A stretch of 64,000 nt of DNA from Marsupella aquatica (taxonomy: Eukaryota; Plantae; Marchantiophyta). Shown piece by piece: positions 12,811 to 26,282 of this stretch (position 1 is its first letter; each line of letters starts with the position of its first letter). Under the pieces are notes generated by a model, which made no database searches, had not been told where the DNA came from, and saw nothing but the letters and a program-made list of their open reading frames with translations. The stretch is taken from contig OZ316895.1 of the NCBI GenBank assembly GCA_973895155.1, positions 16,782,170 to 16,846,169 on the forward strand, in the 5' to 3' direction. The position numbers were made by a program, and so were the translations under genes.

Positions 12811-14913
12811 ATATTCAGCCACTGGAAAATCTTTATGAAGACTCACTCTTCCGCCCCATCCTTTTTGAATTTCTCCTAAAAAATGATGGCCATGACCTTC
12901 GCCCAACCAGCTTCATTATGACGGGCATGCCACTTTTAAGCATACCCCTTCATGAGCCCTACTAAAATAAATGCATTGCGTCAGTATCTTGGTTATTAGA
13001 GGAAGCAGTGGGTTCAGGCTTTCTCCTCTGATGCCCCCCCTGGAACAGTCATACTGTACTACAATCCGTGCCAGGGTAACAGGGATACTATGTGGGTGGG
13101 GAGGGTAATTTTTTGGGGGCGATAGGACTTATGGTGGAGTGAGTCTCTGAAGGACTTGACAAATTCTCAATTTTTTCTGAATGAACAGTACTTGAATCCA
13201 AGTGTTTCTAGTGACTCAAAACTTCTTTTACTCCGCCAAATTCTCCAAGCGTGAATGTGTGAGCCAGGTTAACTGCTCTGGATTTTCTAAATTCATTTTG
13301 AAATGAAGAAACTCTCCTACATCACCCTGGATTAGGGATGTTGAACTCCAGATCTGTCACCAAATAATTCTCTCAGCTTGATTGTGACTCTACTTCCTCA
13401 TTGGCACTACTTTCAAGAGATGGTCTGTCATGTTTCCTCCATGATTTCTTCTTTCTACCAGCAATCATTCCATGTTCTATTGAATGTGCAAAGAACCTCC
13501 AATAGCCTTCTCATGGCATTCATTACCTTCACGTCAATTCATCCTTGGATTATTCCTCGACAGTGGTGCCGTAAGTCATGTAGTATGTTATCAAAAACAA
13601 TTAATAACTTTTTATTACTTTGCCACTCAAGATGTTCAAATTGATAATACTGTCATGGTTTTTTGTATTTACAAATATGTCACGGTTTTGTATAAAGACG
13701 ACAAGTTCAACAAAATAACCAAGGTGGGAATATACAGAGTCCATGGCATATTTGTAAATACAACAAAAGTATTGAAAAAATCTTGGTCGTGGACATAGCC
13801 AAACTGCGTGAAACATTTCTTTATGTTGTTATTGATTGTATGTTGTACACTAGCTCTGTGTGATGTTGTGTTGTCTAATTTTTCCCAAAACCTTCCATCT
13901 CCTTACTACTTCCATTTCCACCTTTTAAGTTGGCATTGTTTCCACAATGCCACAATCCCTTAATAAGAACACTTTTGGTACAACAACCATTTGTGTAACA
14001 GATGTGACTGAGTTTGTAAACTACTATAACATGGGATCCCGCCAAATCTCTCTCATTGTCAGTTTACAAACTTAAGAAAGGAGGGAACAATTCTCTGCCA
14101 TCAGATGTTGTCCACGGTTATTTGAGACTCTTGGATCTACTAAAATTGGTACCTAATATTGTTTTTGCAGCTCGTTTTGCAGTAGTGTACAAAATGTAGA
14201 ACAAGTGCTACATTCTATGACTGTGCGCATCCTGGTAATTGTACATCAAAATATGACAATATATGGTATACGACATAATTCCATAGCATGATAAACAACC
14301 TAACAACCTAACAATCAATATTCTCTTTGAGTCACTGAGTGTACGCCATATATTACCACATTTTAATTTGTTGTTACCGGGATGCGACTGTGTTTGTTTT
14401 ACTATAGCCCGTGAATAAAGTACTTTTTGGCATGTTTGATCTGTATTTTTTTGCATGGAGCATTAAAAGAATAGATTGACCTGAGATTGAGGCTAGGTTG
14501 TAGGTATGGAATAAAGAGGAAGTAGATTCACATGAGAATGTTTTTTTGCTTTTTCTCTTGGGAAGGGAGGTTTCATGTTTTGGAGGTTTATTTTGTCTTT
14601 TCTTCTCAATTTTCTTCTCTTTCTTAAATGATGTTGAAGAAAAGAAAAAGGAAGAGGGGGAGGGGGAGGGACACAGGCAATGGGAGGACGAGGGAGGGAG
14701 AGCAAGAGGAACCAAAGGAAGGGCATGGCTGAGGGGGAAAATAGGGAGACAAAAATTATAGTACAATGTTCTTTCTCTGTATAGCATCATGACCTAGACC
14801 CCAAAACACATTCTCACCTGTCTTGCATCTGCCTCACTGTCCATGCACTTGCCCTCCACAACAACATCACTTTCATAACAACAGCATCAACTAAAACTCA
14901 GTTTCATTAATTC

Positions 14914-15208
14914 ACTAGCTTAATCCCAATGCGTTGCACAAAAGATATCGTTAAGAAAAAAGAAGTCATATCGCCAATGATGTCGTTATGTAAAAGATGT
15001 TAAGAAAAAAGAAGCCGTGTCGCCAGTGATGTAGTTAAATAAAGATGCCATGATGTAAAACAATCTCATCAAGAAAAAAGAAGGGGTGTCGCCAAGGATG
15101 TCAAGTAAAAAGCAGTCGTGCTGCCAAAGCTGTTGTCAAGTAAAAAGATGTAGTCAAGTAAAATGATGACAAATGTCGTGTCGCCAAAGATGTCGTTAAG
15201 TAAAAATC
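14914..15208 (-). mobile_element. Putative Helitron 3' terminus with adjacent A-rich minisatellite
   Basis: Minus strand reads ..gtgcaacgcattgggattaagCTAG|T (14939->14914), a decayed form of the plant Helitron 3' hairpin plus CTRR end. Degenerate aaagatgtcgttaagtaaaaa repeats lie inside it (14940-15208). Confidence 0.45.
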
Positions 15209-16799
15209 TTATGCTGCTCTGCCAAAATAATCAATGGCACCGTTCAGCCCAACTTTCAATGGCCCTTTTTTGTACCCCTTGCATGGAACCCTTTTGGTAA
15301 CCACATCCAAGTTTACTTGGCTCCTTAACCTCCCAACACCATGCATGTCCCCTTGGGGTGGTGGCGTGGTTTGTATAACCTTGGTGGTGTGGTTTGTCCT
15401 CTCATATATGCTTCTGAGGGATCTACCACCCAGGACCAACTTTGGTTCCAATATTTTGGCTCCCAACCCATACGTCATTGAGTGCAAAACCAACTGCCAA
15501 GACATAATGGCAACCGAGGGCTCGACAAGGAGGTCGGTGCCATGGCCTGGGGTTAAGTTAGGGCAGGAGTTTGGACCCGGAGTCTTGGGTCTCATGTCTT
15601 GGGTCCAGGTCCAGGTGTGGCTGGGAGTCATTGCCTCTGGTGTCGAGGACTTGGTCAGGCCGCACTTGGCCGCTCTTCACTTGCACGTCAGTCATCAGTC
15701 ACTCGTCACTTGGTCTTGGGGGGTTCACTTCCATAGAATCAACACATCAGGTACTTTGACGGGGTCACCGTTTGCAAAAACCCAGCAATAACTTAGTACC
15801 AACTTATAATTGTGTACATAAGCCCGTACATAAGCTGAAAGCCAAGTGGTGTGTTGAAAGCACTTGACTAGATTTTTTAATTTTTTTTGGTTATCTCTAA
15901 TAAGTCTTTCGCCTTTCACCCTTTCATCCTTTCTCACATTTGTTTTTTTGTTGTTTTTCTTCCCTTCATAGTTTGTGGGGCTCCCACATTTTCCCTTCCC
16001 CACACCATGGAAGCGGTCCCCGCCACTTTATTCCTTCCCTTTTTCTCATTTTTGGGGTTCCCACCCTTTCCCTGTTGTGTTTGCTTTTGAGGAGTGTGCG
16101 GGCACTGGTCGTCCGAACATTAATTTTTCAACCGGCTCACAATGATCTCATTAGGGTATTTCTCTGTGCAGCAGAATCGTATGGATGTCCGTACACCCCG
16201 GAGCTGGGGACCCGGGACCCCAGTTTTTCCTAGAGGTGGAGATAGCAGCAGCAAAGGTGGGGAACCATGTTGTGGGAGAAGCCGAGCCCCTTTGGTGTTG
16301 TATGGATGAAACGGAGGGGGACAGTGCCCAGATTACCAAAAACTTAAGCAACTGTATCTTGACCATTTGACCTCTATTTTGTGCACCGTTTCCATGTTTG
16401 TCATCAGGAAGAGCAGGGCTCTTCAAATATTTGTCTGAAGTGAATTCTAGGAAAATTTTAGTTTTGACAATTGTTGGGGCCCCTCCTTTTACGGTGGACC
16501 GGTGGTGGAACCATGAGGATTGAGGCAGGGTAGATAGATACGATACAAAGTTGTGGACTCAAGTGAGTTCCTGTTTAGTGGAATAGTAGTGGGCACCGTC
16601 AAAGGCACTGCCAGTCTCCCTTAGGATAGTATACGTTAGTGACACATGTGTGTGCCGCATGTTTGAGGTTAGGTTTTGAGAGTAGTGGCGCCACCTGTAT
16701 GGCAGTGGTGGTTGTCACACATGTGGTGTGCTTTGGTTTTGGGTATTTAGGAGCAGTCCCCGGTAGGTGCAGGGGGGGCTCAGTTTAGTGTTTGGTTGC

Positions 16800-17967
16800 G
16801 GAAGAATATGGTAGTTTTATTGGTTTTAAGGGAAAACTTAGAAATTTTTGTGGAAGAACTTTAGGATCCCTTAAATCCAATTTTGAGTCTTGTAAGAACG
16901 TTAGTGCCCTTTTAATCAAAATTTTGGAATATTCCAGCTTTATAGGTTTTTTTTTAAATCTTACATTTTAGGGGGTGCAGGGCTTAAAAACGTCGTAGGT
17001 GATGGGGGGCTCTATGTAGTGAGTAAGATAAGCACTTGGTCATGATGCAGTCACACCTTGGTCGGGCGTTGGGCCTTCAGTAAGGCCTTTTGTTGTCCAG
17101 CACGCTCTTAAGGTCTAGATTGGCTTGGTAGCTGGGTGGGCCTTACTCATCCTTGCTCCTTGGGCCTTGCCTTGGGCCTTGGTTGTTCTAGGGGAGTTGC
17201 TGAGGGAGGGGAGGGGTTGCAGAGGGAGGGGAGGGGTCGCAGAGGGGATTTCAATCCTACACGGTTTCATTGGATAGGATTTTATAATTTTTATTGAATC
17301 CATATAAATAAGCTCAATCTAACTAGGTTGACATGGATTCAGATTAAAAAGTCTTGACCTTCATACAAAAAGCATTTCAAATGGGGTTCTACTTCAGTTC
17401 AAAAGTTTAGATGGGGAACAATCCATGCAAGCTCATGACTCACTTATCTCCTATTAGAGTTTGTAAGTTTTTATTATTAAACAAAGAATATTCAACAATG
17501 ATCACTTCTACACAATGATGAGGACTCCTTTTTAAGGTTTGCAACCAAAACCTGACCAAACTACCATCTCGGATTAGGCTAAGGATGAGGAGAATATGAT
17601 GAGCTTAAACAACACAAGCTCGGAGCACAAGTATACAAGGACTATTGGTTTGACACAGGCACATAAGTGTACTTGTGTCAAACTCCTTTAAATCTAAAAT
17701 GAGACCTAAAGATCAAAGTGCGATATTGAGCTTGAGGGTTGCACTATATTGAGGGCCCTCCATCACCTGCCATATTTTTAAGCCTTGTACCCCCTTAAAT
17801 ATAAGAAAATAAGTATATTTTGGTCCCTATAAAGTTGGAAGATTCCAAAGATTTGATGAAAATGACCCTAGTGTTCTTACATCTAATTAAGACTCAAAAC
17901 TGGATTTAAATGGCCCCAAAATTTGTCCATGAAAATTTCCAAGTCTTTCTTTAGAACCATTTTCTTC
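16800..17967. repeat. Diverged ~220 bp inverted repeat pair (arms ~16800-17020 and ~17741-17967); possible foldback/MULE-like element or two inverted copies
   Basis: The reverse complement of the right arm aligns to the left arm, e.g. ttaaatcca(a/g)ttttgagtctt, tttggaat(a/c)ttcca(g/a)ctttatagg, agggggt(g/a)ca(g/a)ggcttaaaaa, aggtgatgg. Confidence 0.75.
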
Positions 17968-20225
17968 ATCGCACGCGATGTGCCAATTATGTGGAAGTGA
18001 AACTCCAAGATTTTGAGCACAAAGTTGCACTCACACCATCAAGATGGTTTAATCATAACTGTATTTGCTAAATGGAGTGTGCATTTTATATGTTTGTGTC
18101 ATCATAGCACATGAAAACACTAGAAATATAGACAGTAATAGCACCTTGAGCATTGCACAAGCCAAATCACAACAATGCCATGTTAGTAAAGCACATTGTT
18201 AATGCAAATATAGATCTTTGATTATGACCCAAGAAAGATTGAGGGGCCTCGATGAGGGCGCCTAGATTGACATGCTTGGATTAGATGGTGCAATGAGCAT
18301 ATCTCTTAGCTCAGATGTCTGTTGAAAAAATCAACCAAAGAGTACAAGTGTATTTGATCACATCCAAGCACGTTGGTTTGAATGAGTTCAAAACTCTAGT
18401 ATGGGCACATGCTTGATAATAGTAGCCAGGGTTAGAGACCCAGCTTGAGGACCAAAGTTGGTCCCCAAGGGGAAGCAAGTGAAGGTATCCATCCTGTGCT
18501 CTCAGATTATAAAATAATAAAAATTACGTGCGAACATCCAATGGGTATTTTAAATTGTTTTTGGAAACAATATTATAACTAGGCTAGAAAGAACTAGGGC
18601 AACATATATATGTTGCTGACGTTAAAATCAATGTAGACCATTCTAAATATGTTCAATGATCAATTCAGTAGACCGGGTAGGTATAATTATTCCACAAGAT
18701 AAGTGTCTTTGTTTTATTGGTCAATGTGTCATTTTGTGATAGGGTTTAGGGTTTACAGAACTTTGATATGTAAACATAGTATAAAAATGAGCTCTCTAGT
18801 GAAGTTTTTTAGTGAGGTTTGAATGCGTGCTAAGGCCCCAATAGTTTTCACACATTGCCAAACTCTATATGGCAATTTGTATCCTGAGTAGTCCTTGCCT
18901 ATTCAATGGCAGATTCAGGGGCACATTAAATAAAATGTGCATGCATTATTAAATTCACCAAAGTTTTCTTATAACCAACTAAGGATGTTCTAAGTATTAA
19001 AATTAGGAAGATTATAATAACCCAAAGCAATTGTATAAGAAGGGAATTTCTTTGTTTAGAATAAAGCAGAGAACAAAGAGTACTAGGAGGGCCTTTGATC
19101 ACAAGTGTGTCTCATTAGATTAGTCTTAGTGAGGGCCCAAGGATTCTCCATAATTAGAGCATTGGCACCGGTTTTGGGCCAGACACCTGCATATATCGCA
19201 AGTTGTTTCACAGGGTGCACACTACCTGCATCTTTCCCCAACACTATTCCAGCTATGCCCTTGCACTAGTGCCTAACAAATCATTTTACCGTAGTTGAAC
19301 TTGACTGCAGGCAGTTCAAACCAACAAACTGCTGCATGCAAACAATCAAACCTTTCTTTCAAATCCAAACTGCAAAAACCATAGCCCGTGCGCCTTTGAG
19401 TTTTTTATAAACGTTCTCACAAAATCACAGTAGAATACAGATGGTTGCCTTTCATGCCCAGAGGCAGAAATTGCAGATGCAAATCAATGTCAAGATTGCT
19501 ACAATGAATGAGGAGCACAAATAAGTTTTGTGAGAAGGCCATTCTCACAAACCCCTTATCTCTCCAATCAATCAACCAAATTGACCAAAATCAATAACCA
19601 ATAGGGGTATTGTTGCCGGGGAAGAAGCCCAATAAAAATTGGAACAGAGAAAGAGAAAGCATCAACTCATTTGGGATGATTACTTTGCAAAGAAGTGTAC
19701 ATACTATAGCAGGGACCTGAGCAAGGATTTTTGACTTAGGTTTAGGATGACTTGTAGACTGTTTCAGGAGATGGTTTTTGCATGTTTGTGTGCTCATGAC
19801 ACAATTTTTGAGCAAAAACAAGATGCTAAAAATCAAATGGGCCTATACAATCTATAAAAGATCATAGCTGCTCTCCAAACAACTTGGTTTTTGAATTGGA
19901 GTCAATGCTACATACTAATATTGTAGAATGGTAAAATCAACCTTGGGGGGTTAACTTAGTGTACATTTTGGGATACTACGTGCAATCCTATCAAATATAA
20001 ATAGACATTTTTCATAAATAGAATATTTTAGGAATATTTTATGTTTTCACTATTAATTGCCTATTTTACTTTATAAAATGTATATATCAAAGTATTTCTA
20101 TATATTTGATTTTATGATATCTTCTTTGCCCTCCTACACTTTAAAAAAGTTTAGCTACTTTTCATCCAAAATACATATTTTGGATAATTGGGTGTGGTTC
20201 CTAAGTTTTTGGTGGTCGATCCCTT

Positions 20226-20800
20226 GAGGAATCAACTACATGAACATTTTCTTTGAGGTTTGTTTGGCAAACCAAGAATTGCATGAACACTTGAAAAAGC
20301 TTGATATGAGAGATTTCCTAAGATTAGTTGCTGTCAAATAGGGTTCCTTAAAATGTTTGCATCACTAGATTGCACTATGAGTGGAAAAATTGCCCTATTT
20401 TCAGGCAGGGGCAATTCATTGACATGGATGCCCACAACAAGTGCAAAGTACTGGAGGCAATTGCGGTTTAGGAGCTCTGGATTTGAGATGCATTTGTTTT
20501 GGTTTACTTGATGGGAATAATGACTTAACTGTTTCAGACCGATCTCCTCTAGTTCACAACATGCTGCATCAGCATTATGTCTGAGCATTTTCACCACAAG
20601 GTGAATGACATCGAGTACAAAAGGGCTTACCTTCTGGTGGATGGCATTTATCCAAAGTGTTCCTGTTTTGTTGAGCACAATTCACAAGCCTCAAATAGAG
20701 AAGAAAAGTTTATTTGCAAGGCTCCAAGAGGGTGCCAGGAAGGATGTGGAGAGTAAATTTTGGTGTTCTACAAGCCAGATGACTAATCCTTGAAGTCCAA
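20226..20800 (+). mobile_element. Degenerate PIF/Harbinger transposase (plant DDE nuclease) fragment
   Basis: Frameshifted translation gives MFASLDC, EWKNCP...QGQF, VLEAIA..LWI, GNNDLTVSDRSPLV, YLLVDGIYPK, STIHKPQIEKKSLFARLQEGARKDVE..FGVLQAR, all hallmark Harbinger motifs, with stops and frameshifts. Confidence 0.88.
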
Positions 20801-21514
20801 TTGCCACACCTACTCACAGACTCTCTTGCCATCTTACTTGTGCTCAATGAACAACAGTTTTGCTCAACATCACTTACAATCCACAATGTTGTGCAATGCA
20901 TGGGCTTTTGGCTAGTACCCTGTAAGTTGTTTGTAGCATTCATTAATGCATTGTTTTTGCTTAGGACCTAGAGTGGTTCTGATTCAGCGTGGTGTGGATA
21001 GAATTTGCGGCCAGATTGGCCCCCAGAATGTCAGCTAAGCATCATCTCTTTTGGATCACAACACAATGTCCTGCCATGTGGGTACTTCAGGTAAAATTAG
21101 TGGAAATTACATTTAGGGACCACACTCGTTAATCCATGAACACTCAGGGGCCATGGTTGTAAGCCCCTCAAGCTCACCTTGCTCAGGAACATCCTCCTAA
21201 GCCCCTTGGGCCATGGGTTACCCTACACTTTTATTTTGCCTGTAAAGTATGAAGTATCTGGAAACATATAATAATAAAAATTTCCAAGATGGGATGGCAG
21301 CTTACAAACTCTCGGTTGGAAATATCAGGGCTGGAATATATATCTAATACCCTAAACCATACATGGAGACAAATGCAAGGAACCAAAGAAAATGGGGGAA
21401 GCCGAAGGGAAAAATAAAGGAAGGTAGAAGAGCCAAAAACCCCAAAAACCAGAAGAGCCAGAAAGAGTGTAATGACGCGTTTCCGGATGGGATGGCAATC
21501 GTGGGAAGGGGGGA

Positions 21515-22448
21515 ATCAGAAAAAGATGTTGGGTTTGGAAAGAAGGGACGATTCTTTTGAAGGGAGCTTGTCTTTCCTGTCACCACACTCAAATCAAGAG
21601 GCTGGGTTTGGAAAGAAGGGACGGGAGCTTGTCCTTCCTTTCGCCACACTCAGAAAGAGATGTTTGGTGTGGAAATAAGGGACGAGGACTTTGAAGGGAG
21701 CTTGTCCTTCCTCTCGCCACACTCAGAAGAAGATATTGGGTTGGGAAAGAAGGGACACAATTTTTCAAGGGAGCGTGTCCTTCTTGTCGCCACAATCAGA
21801 AGACGATGTTGGGTTTGGAAAGAAGCGACTGTACTTTTGAAGGAAGCTTCTTTCTCCTGTCACCATACTCAGAAAAAGATGTTGGGTTTGGAAAGAAGGG
21901 ACGGAGAACTTTTCTAGGGAGCTTGTCTTTCCTGTCGCCACACTCAGAAGAAAATGTTGGGTTTGGAAAGAAGGGACGGGGAACTTTTCTAGGGAGCTTG
22001 TCTTTCCTGTCGCCACACTCCGAAGAAGATGTTGGGTTTGGAAAGAAGGGACGGGGAACTTTTCAAGGGAGCTTGTCTTTCCTGTCGCCACACTCAGAAA
22101 AAGGTAATGGGTTTGGAAAGAAGGGACAGTATTTCCCAAGGGAGGTTGTCTTTCCTGTCGCCACACTCAGAAGAAGATGTAGGATTTGGAAAGAAGGGAC
22201 TGTACTTCTCAGGGGAGCTTGTCTTTCCTGTGGCCACACTCCGAAGAAGATGTTGGGTTTGGAAAGAAGGGACGGAACTTTTCAAGGGAGCTTGTCCTGT
22301 CGCCACACTCAGAAAAAGATTATGGGTTTGGAGAGAAGGGACGGTATTTGTCAAGGGAGGTTGTCTTTCCTGTCGCCACACTCAGAAAAAGATGTTGGAG
22401 TTGGAAAGAAGGGACTGTACGTCTCAAGTTGTCTTTCCTGTCGCCACT
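21515..22448. repeat. Minisatellite, ~73-75 bp unit, ~13 copies
   Basis: Consensus ggtttggaaagaagggac[variable ~12-14 nt]gggagcttgtctttcctgtcgccacactcagaagaagatgttg; unit starts at 21885, 21960, 22035, 22110, 22183, 22256. Confidence 0.95.
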
Positions 22449-23972
22449 CTTCTCAGTTTAGTATAAAGTCAACCAAGAGAATCGAAAGACCCAATGCAGG
22501 TACGTGTCACGAGGCATGAAGGACACGCAGTGATCTGCGACTGTCAAAAGATCCTGGCGACTGGCTTACCTGGCTTCGGCGCGTGGCACCAGATGGACTC
22601 GACATTTACTGAGGAGAGACAAAACCCAGTTTGCATGCAGGGTAAGATTTTATTTCTTCACCTAAACAACTAATTCCTGAGCGATATCCTACGGCTATTA
22701 TTTCTGATTGTGTTACTGCCTGCTTACTGAGCAGGGCTATTATTTTTGTTTCTGGTTCTCCTTTATTCACACGTGTCCTTTATTCACACTATAATGATCC
22801 TGTTTCTCGTTTCTTCACTAGTGAAGACAAACCCAGTAACTTCAGATTTTACCAGGAGACAATTTTACTAAACCTACTCTTCATTGCTACTGTCTAGTGT
22901 CAATAAAGCCTCCATCTGAATCTAAGAGAATAAAGCGCACACAGAAACGGATAATAAACAATTTCTTAATTTCTTTTTTGTCTCAGCTCTGTTTAGCTTC
23001 AGGGAATGGGTAACCTGATACTAAGATAAGTTAGCACCTGCAAGGTTTGATTTTCCAGGGCTCTACTGTAGTTTTGATCCCGGTTCTCGTCTCTTCACAC
23101 TTCAAAACTCAAATTTGAAGAAAGTTCAAAGTTTACATTCTTTAAATTGTAGATAAACCCAAATTTCACGCAACTTAAAATTTAACTTTTTTTACTAACA
23201 GAGAATTTTCAGACTTGAAGACAACCCCAATTTCACGCAAGATCAGCTTTCAGACTTTATTTTCTTTACCAAGAGAGAAGTAATCGTATTGTCTCACGTT
23301 TCTTCCGACTTGGAAGATAAACCCAAATTTCACGCAAGATCAGATTTTACTGTCTGTAGCGAGACACGAGGACATATCTTACAATGATATTACTTTCTTT
23401 CCTGAGAGAAAGGACACATTTCAATATCCCCTACTAGAACAGTAGAACTGATGGCGTTCTCTTCCACACAAAATCAGTGATGGCAGAGATTTAAGAGCAA
23501 TAGAATTGTCGTTCTCAATTAAACAATGTATGGTTACATTGGAAGTATCAAGGGTAGCTACATCAGACCATGAGAGCCTGAGAGCATCCAGTTCGCAGGT
23601 GGCATGAACTCGAACGAAAACAACTGAGTGACAAAATGGACAATCTACTTCCAGAAGTTTTCAATTGAGGTATGAATACACGGGAGATATCATGGGTAGC
23701 TACTTCATAGGATAATATCTCGAGAACATCCCACTTCCCGATGATTTCTAAATGAAAAATTCCCTCATTTCTCTGGGCATTTCTCTGGAGAAACGAGTTC
23801 TGGGCTATGGCTGACGGTAACGACCTCCAGAAAAGGAGTCTGTACAGCTGCATCTCACTTGTCTCCCATCTTCGACCTTCTACATCATCGCGGCAAGACA
23901 CAGGTCACCTTTGGTTCCTAACTTCCCATATTTACATCTGCACCACCGACTTGTCCTACCGAGCTTGCTAAT

Positions 23973-25764
23973 CTACTGTCGGCAGGAGTTCGTCCTTCGC
24001 AACCGCCTGACCTCGACCTTGTTCTTCTTCTTCGCTTTAATGGTTTCCAGAAACAGCTTCTTAAACTTCTGAGCATCCCCTTCCTGATCGTACACAAGAA
24101 AATGCAACAATTAGAACGTCCTCCAGAGTCACATGAGAGAATTTTCTGGCGTGCATCCATTGTGTGCAAGCATAAAAATGACACGAAAACGTGACAGAAC
24201 ATGCGGCAGAAGTAAATGATATACACCAGAAGGTGCATGCTAATTACCAGCTGCGTCTTCAGCCTGTTGTTGTCCTCTTTCAATTGCGTGACTTCTGCCT
24301 CGAGTTCCACGGTGTACGCCTACACATGTTTCACAAACGAAGCACCCCGAAATCAGAGCCCGAAGAAAATGAGGTGGTCAACATGCAACCAACACAGAAA
24401 AAATAAAAATATGGACTGTTTTGAAGTGTTTGCTAGAGAATTCCGACCTGCTTCCTGGCTCGAGACCTCGCTGCTGAGTCCCTATTTTTTATCATCCGCC
24501 GCTGTCTCCGCTCAACGACTTTCTCCATACGCCCGTCAGTCCCTCTCCTCTTCCCTCGGATGGACCCGTCGACACCAAAATTGCCTACGGGAGAAAGGCT
24601 CAGTCCGTTGCCATGACTATGTCCCATTCCATCCGAGATCGGACTATGGGCTCCTGGGGAATGCGGAGCAAGGGCAAGGGCCATCGGGCCTCCCAACTGC
24701 ATACCCATTTGACCCAACCCCGGTGCCAAAGTACTGGCCATTCCGGTATAGGCCCCATTGGAGCTCATGATTGGCTGCATTCCCCCGTTGGCAGCCCTCG
24801 CCTTCAGAGCATAAGCATCGGCTTGCGCCTGAAAGAGCTGCTGCTGTTGGTGAGCCTGATGCTGTGCCTGCTGCTGCTGGATGTTCCGCATCCAATCGGC
24901 CTGGCCCTGCACTTGCTGTTGTGCTTGTGCTTGTGCTTGTGCTTGCTGCTGCGCCATGCTATCGTTAGTAGATCCCGGGCCAATTGCAGGTGACAGAGAG
25001 AGCGTTGCAGCCAAAGATCCAGGCCCCATCCTCTCCCCTCTGTCATTCCCTCGATCACTAGGATCTCCTGCTCCATTACTGCCAGGATAGGGTGCAAAGA
25101 GAGTGTAAGGGGTCGAGGGTTGTGCCGAAAGTCCACTATCCTTCACAACCCCAGCCCTCACCAAAAAAGCTTCCAGAGTCATTTCCCCATATGTCTGAGG
25201 CTTTGAATCGCTGCTGTTCATTCCAGGCCCAGAGCCAGTGCCAAAATCCGTTGCCCCCTCTGGGGCCAAGTTGGGGTCCGTCATTATAATGTCCCTCCAC
25301 ACTTCGTCCACGGTTTTACTGCTTATTAGCCTGGGAAGGGTGAGAGAGCCCTGTCTAGCCAAACTGGGCTGTCTCACGAGGCCGCTGTCGGACGCCATGT
25401 GGGTGGAACCTGGCTCACCCGAGCTCAGACCATCAGCGTCCCCGCTCCCTATCAACATCGCAGAAGCCATAGCTTGGCTCTCCTCTATGGTCCAGATATT
25501 CTTCAGAAATTCGTCCATGTTCATCGACCCGAACGCCTGCCCTGGCCCTCCAGGCTCCAGTGATCGCTGCAAATCATCCAGCGTGACTGAGTATATCGAA
25601 CCCTGCCTAGCCAGCGACTGCACTCTGGAAATTGGCCCCCCTCCTCCTCCTCCACCTCCCGTGAGCGCATTCCCATTTCCCGTAGCGTTGCTGCTCTGTA
25701 CATGGTTCGATATCGGTCGCACATGCCCTTGCTGTGGTGCCTGCGCCTGCGATTGTGAACCCAT
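23973..25764 (-). CDS. Group A bZIP transcription factor (ABI5/ABF/AREB family); exons 25764-24448, 24319-24248, 24083-23973
   Basis: C1 LARQGSIYSVTLDDLQ..GSMNMDEFLKNIWT, C2 LARQGSLTLPR.ISSKTVDEVWRDI, C3 TYGEMTLEAFLVRAGVV, basic region RRQRRMIKNRDSAARSRARKQ|AYTVELEAEV (the family-typical 72-nt exon), and last exon ending in a C4-like LRRTNSCRQ*. Junctions are GT..AG and in frame. Confidence 0.95.
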
Positions 25765-26089
25765 CGGAGCTCCGATACCAGTAAGTAGTACAACTCCTCA
25801 ACGCTCGATCAATCAAAACCGATCGATCGATCAAACAACCAATTATCAAAACAAGCCAATGATCTCAAAACAACGAGCCTGGACGACGAGGGCCGCCGCG
25901 AGCGAGGGCAGGGAGGGATGGGCCCTCCCCACACACAGTGCCGCGAAATGCTCGGCTGAGCAGATCAAATACTGGATCGCGCAACGAGCTTCCACTCCTC
26001 CTCCTCAGTTGCGATGCAGGCGTCGTCGCGGCAAAGCGCAAGAGCGAGACGAGTGTTCACTCTCTCGATGGTGAGCTGGTGAGCGCTCC

Positions 26090-26245
26090 CTCGCTCTCTC
26101 TCTCTCACTCTCTCTCTCGCTCTCTCTCTCTCTCGGGACTGGACCGAAGTGCGGACTTCGGCTTACCTGTCGATCTCCAAGCTTGACACCGGGCGGCTCC
26201 TCTAGTTTAACAATCGCCTCTCCTCTCGCCTCTCCTTTAAATAAT
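26090..26245 (-). promoter_or_regulatory. Putative bZIP core promoter and leader: TATTTAAA box (~26236-26243), 5'UTR splice donor CAG|GTAAGC (26166), GA/CT microsatellite (26090-26133)
   Basis: Motifs read directly. No upstream ATG lies between 26200 and the start codon. Confidence 0.45.
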
Positions 26246-26282
26246 AAACCCATCACTTCGCACTTTCGCACTTTTCACTGTG

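Noticed and set aside
15209-15791. 140- and 185-aa overlapping ORFs
   Set aside because: No recognisable motif; they lie in TE-like repeat terrain
18740-18754. Telomere-like (TTTAGGG) repeats
   Set aside because: Only about two units; insufficient for an interstitial telomeric array
21515-22448. CRISPR-like repeat/spacer appearance
   Set aside because: Variable segments are short and related to each other, the context is eukaryotic, and there are no cas genes; it is a minisatellite
21765-22519. ORFs of 133-237 aa with repeated SLSFLSPHSEEDVGFGKKG peptides
   Set aside because: By-product of a 75-bp (multiple of 3) repeat unit open in several frames on both strands
25238-26074. 278-aa plus-strand ORF
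   Set aside because: Antisense shadow of the GC-rich bZIP exon and leader; no recognisable domain
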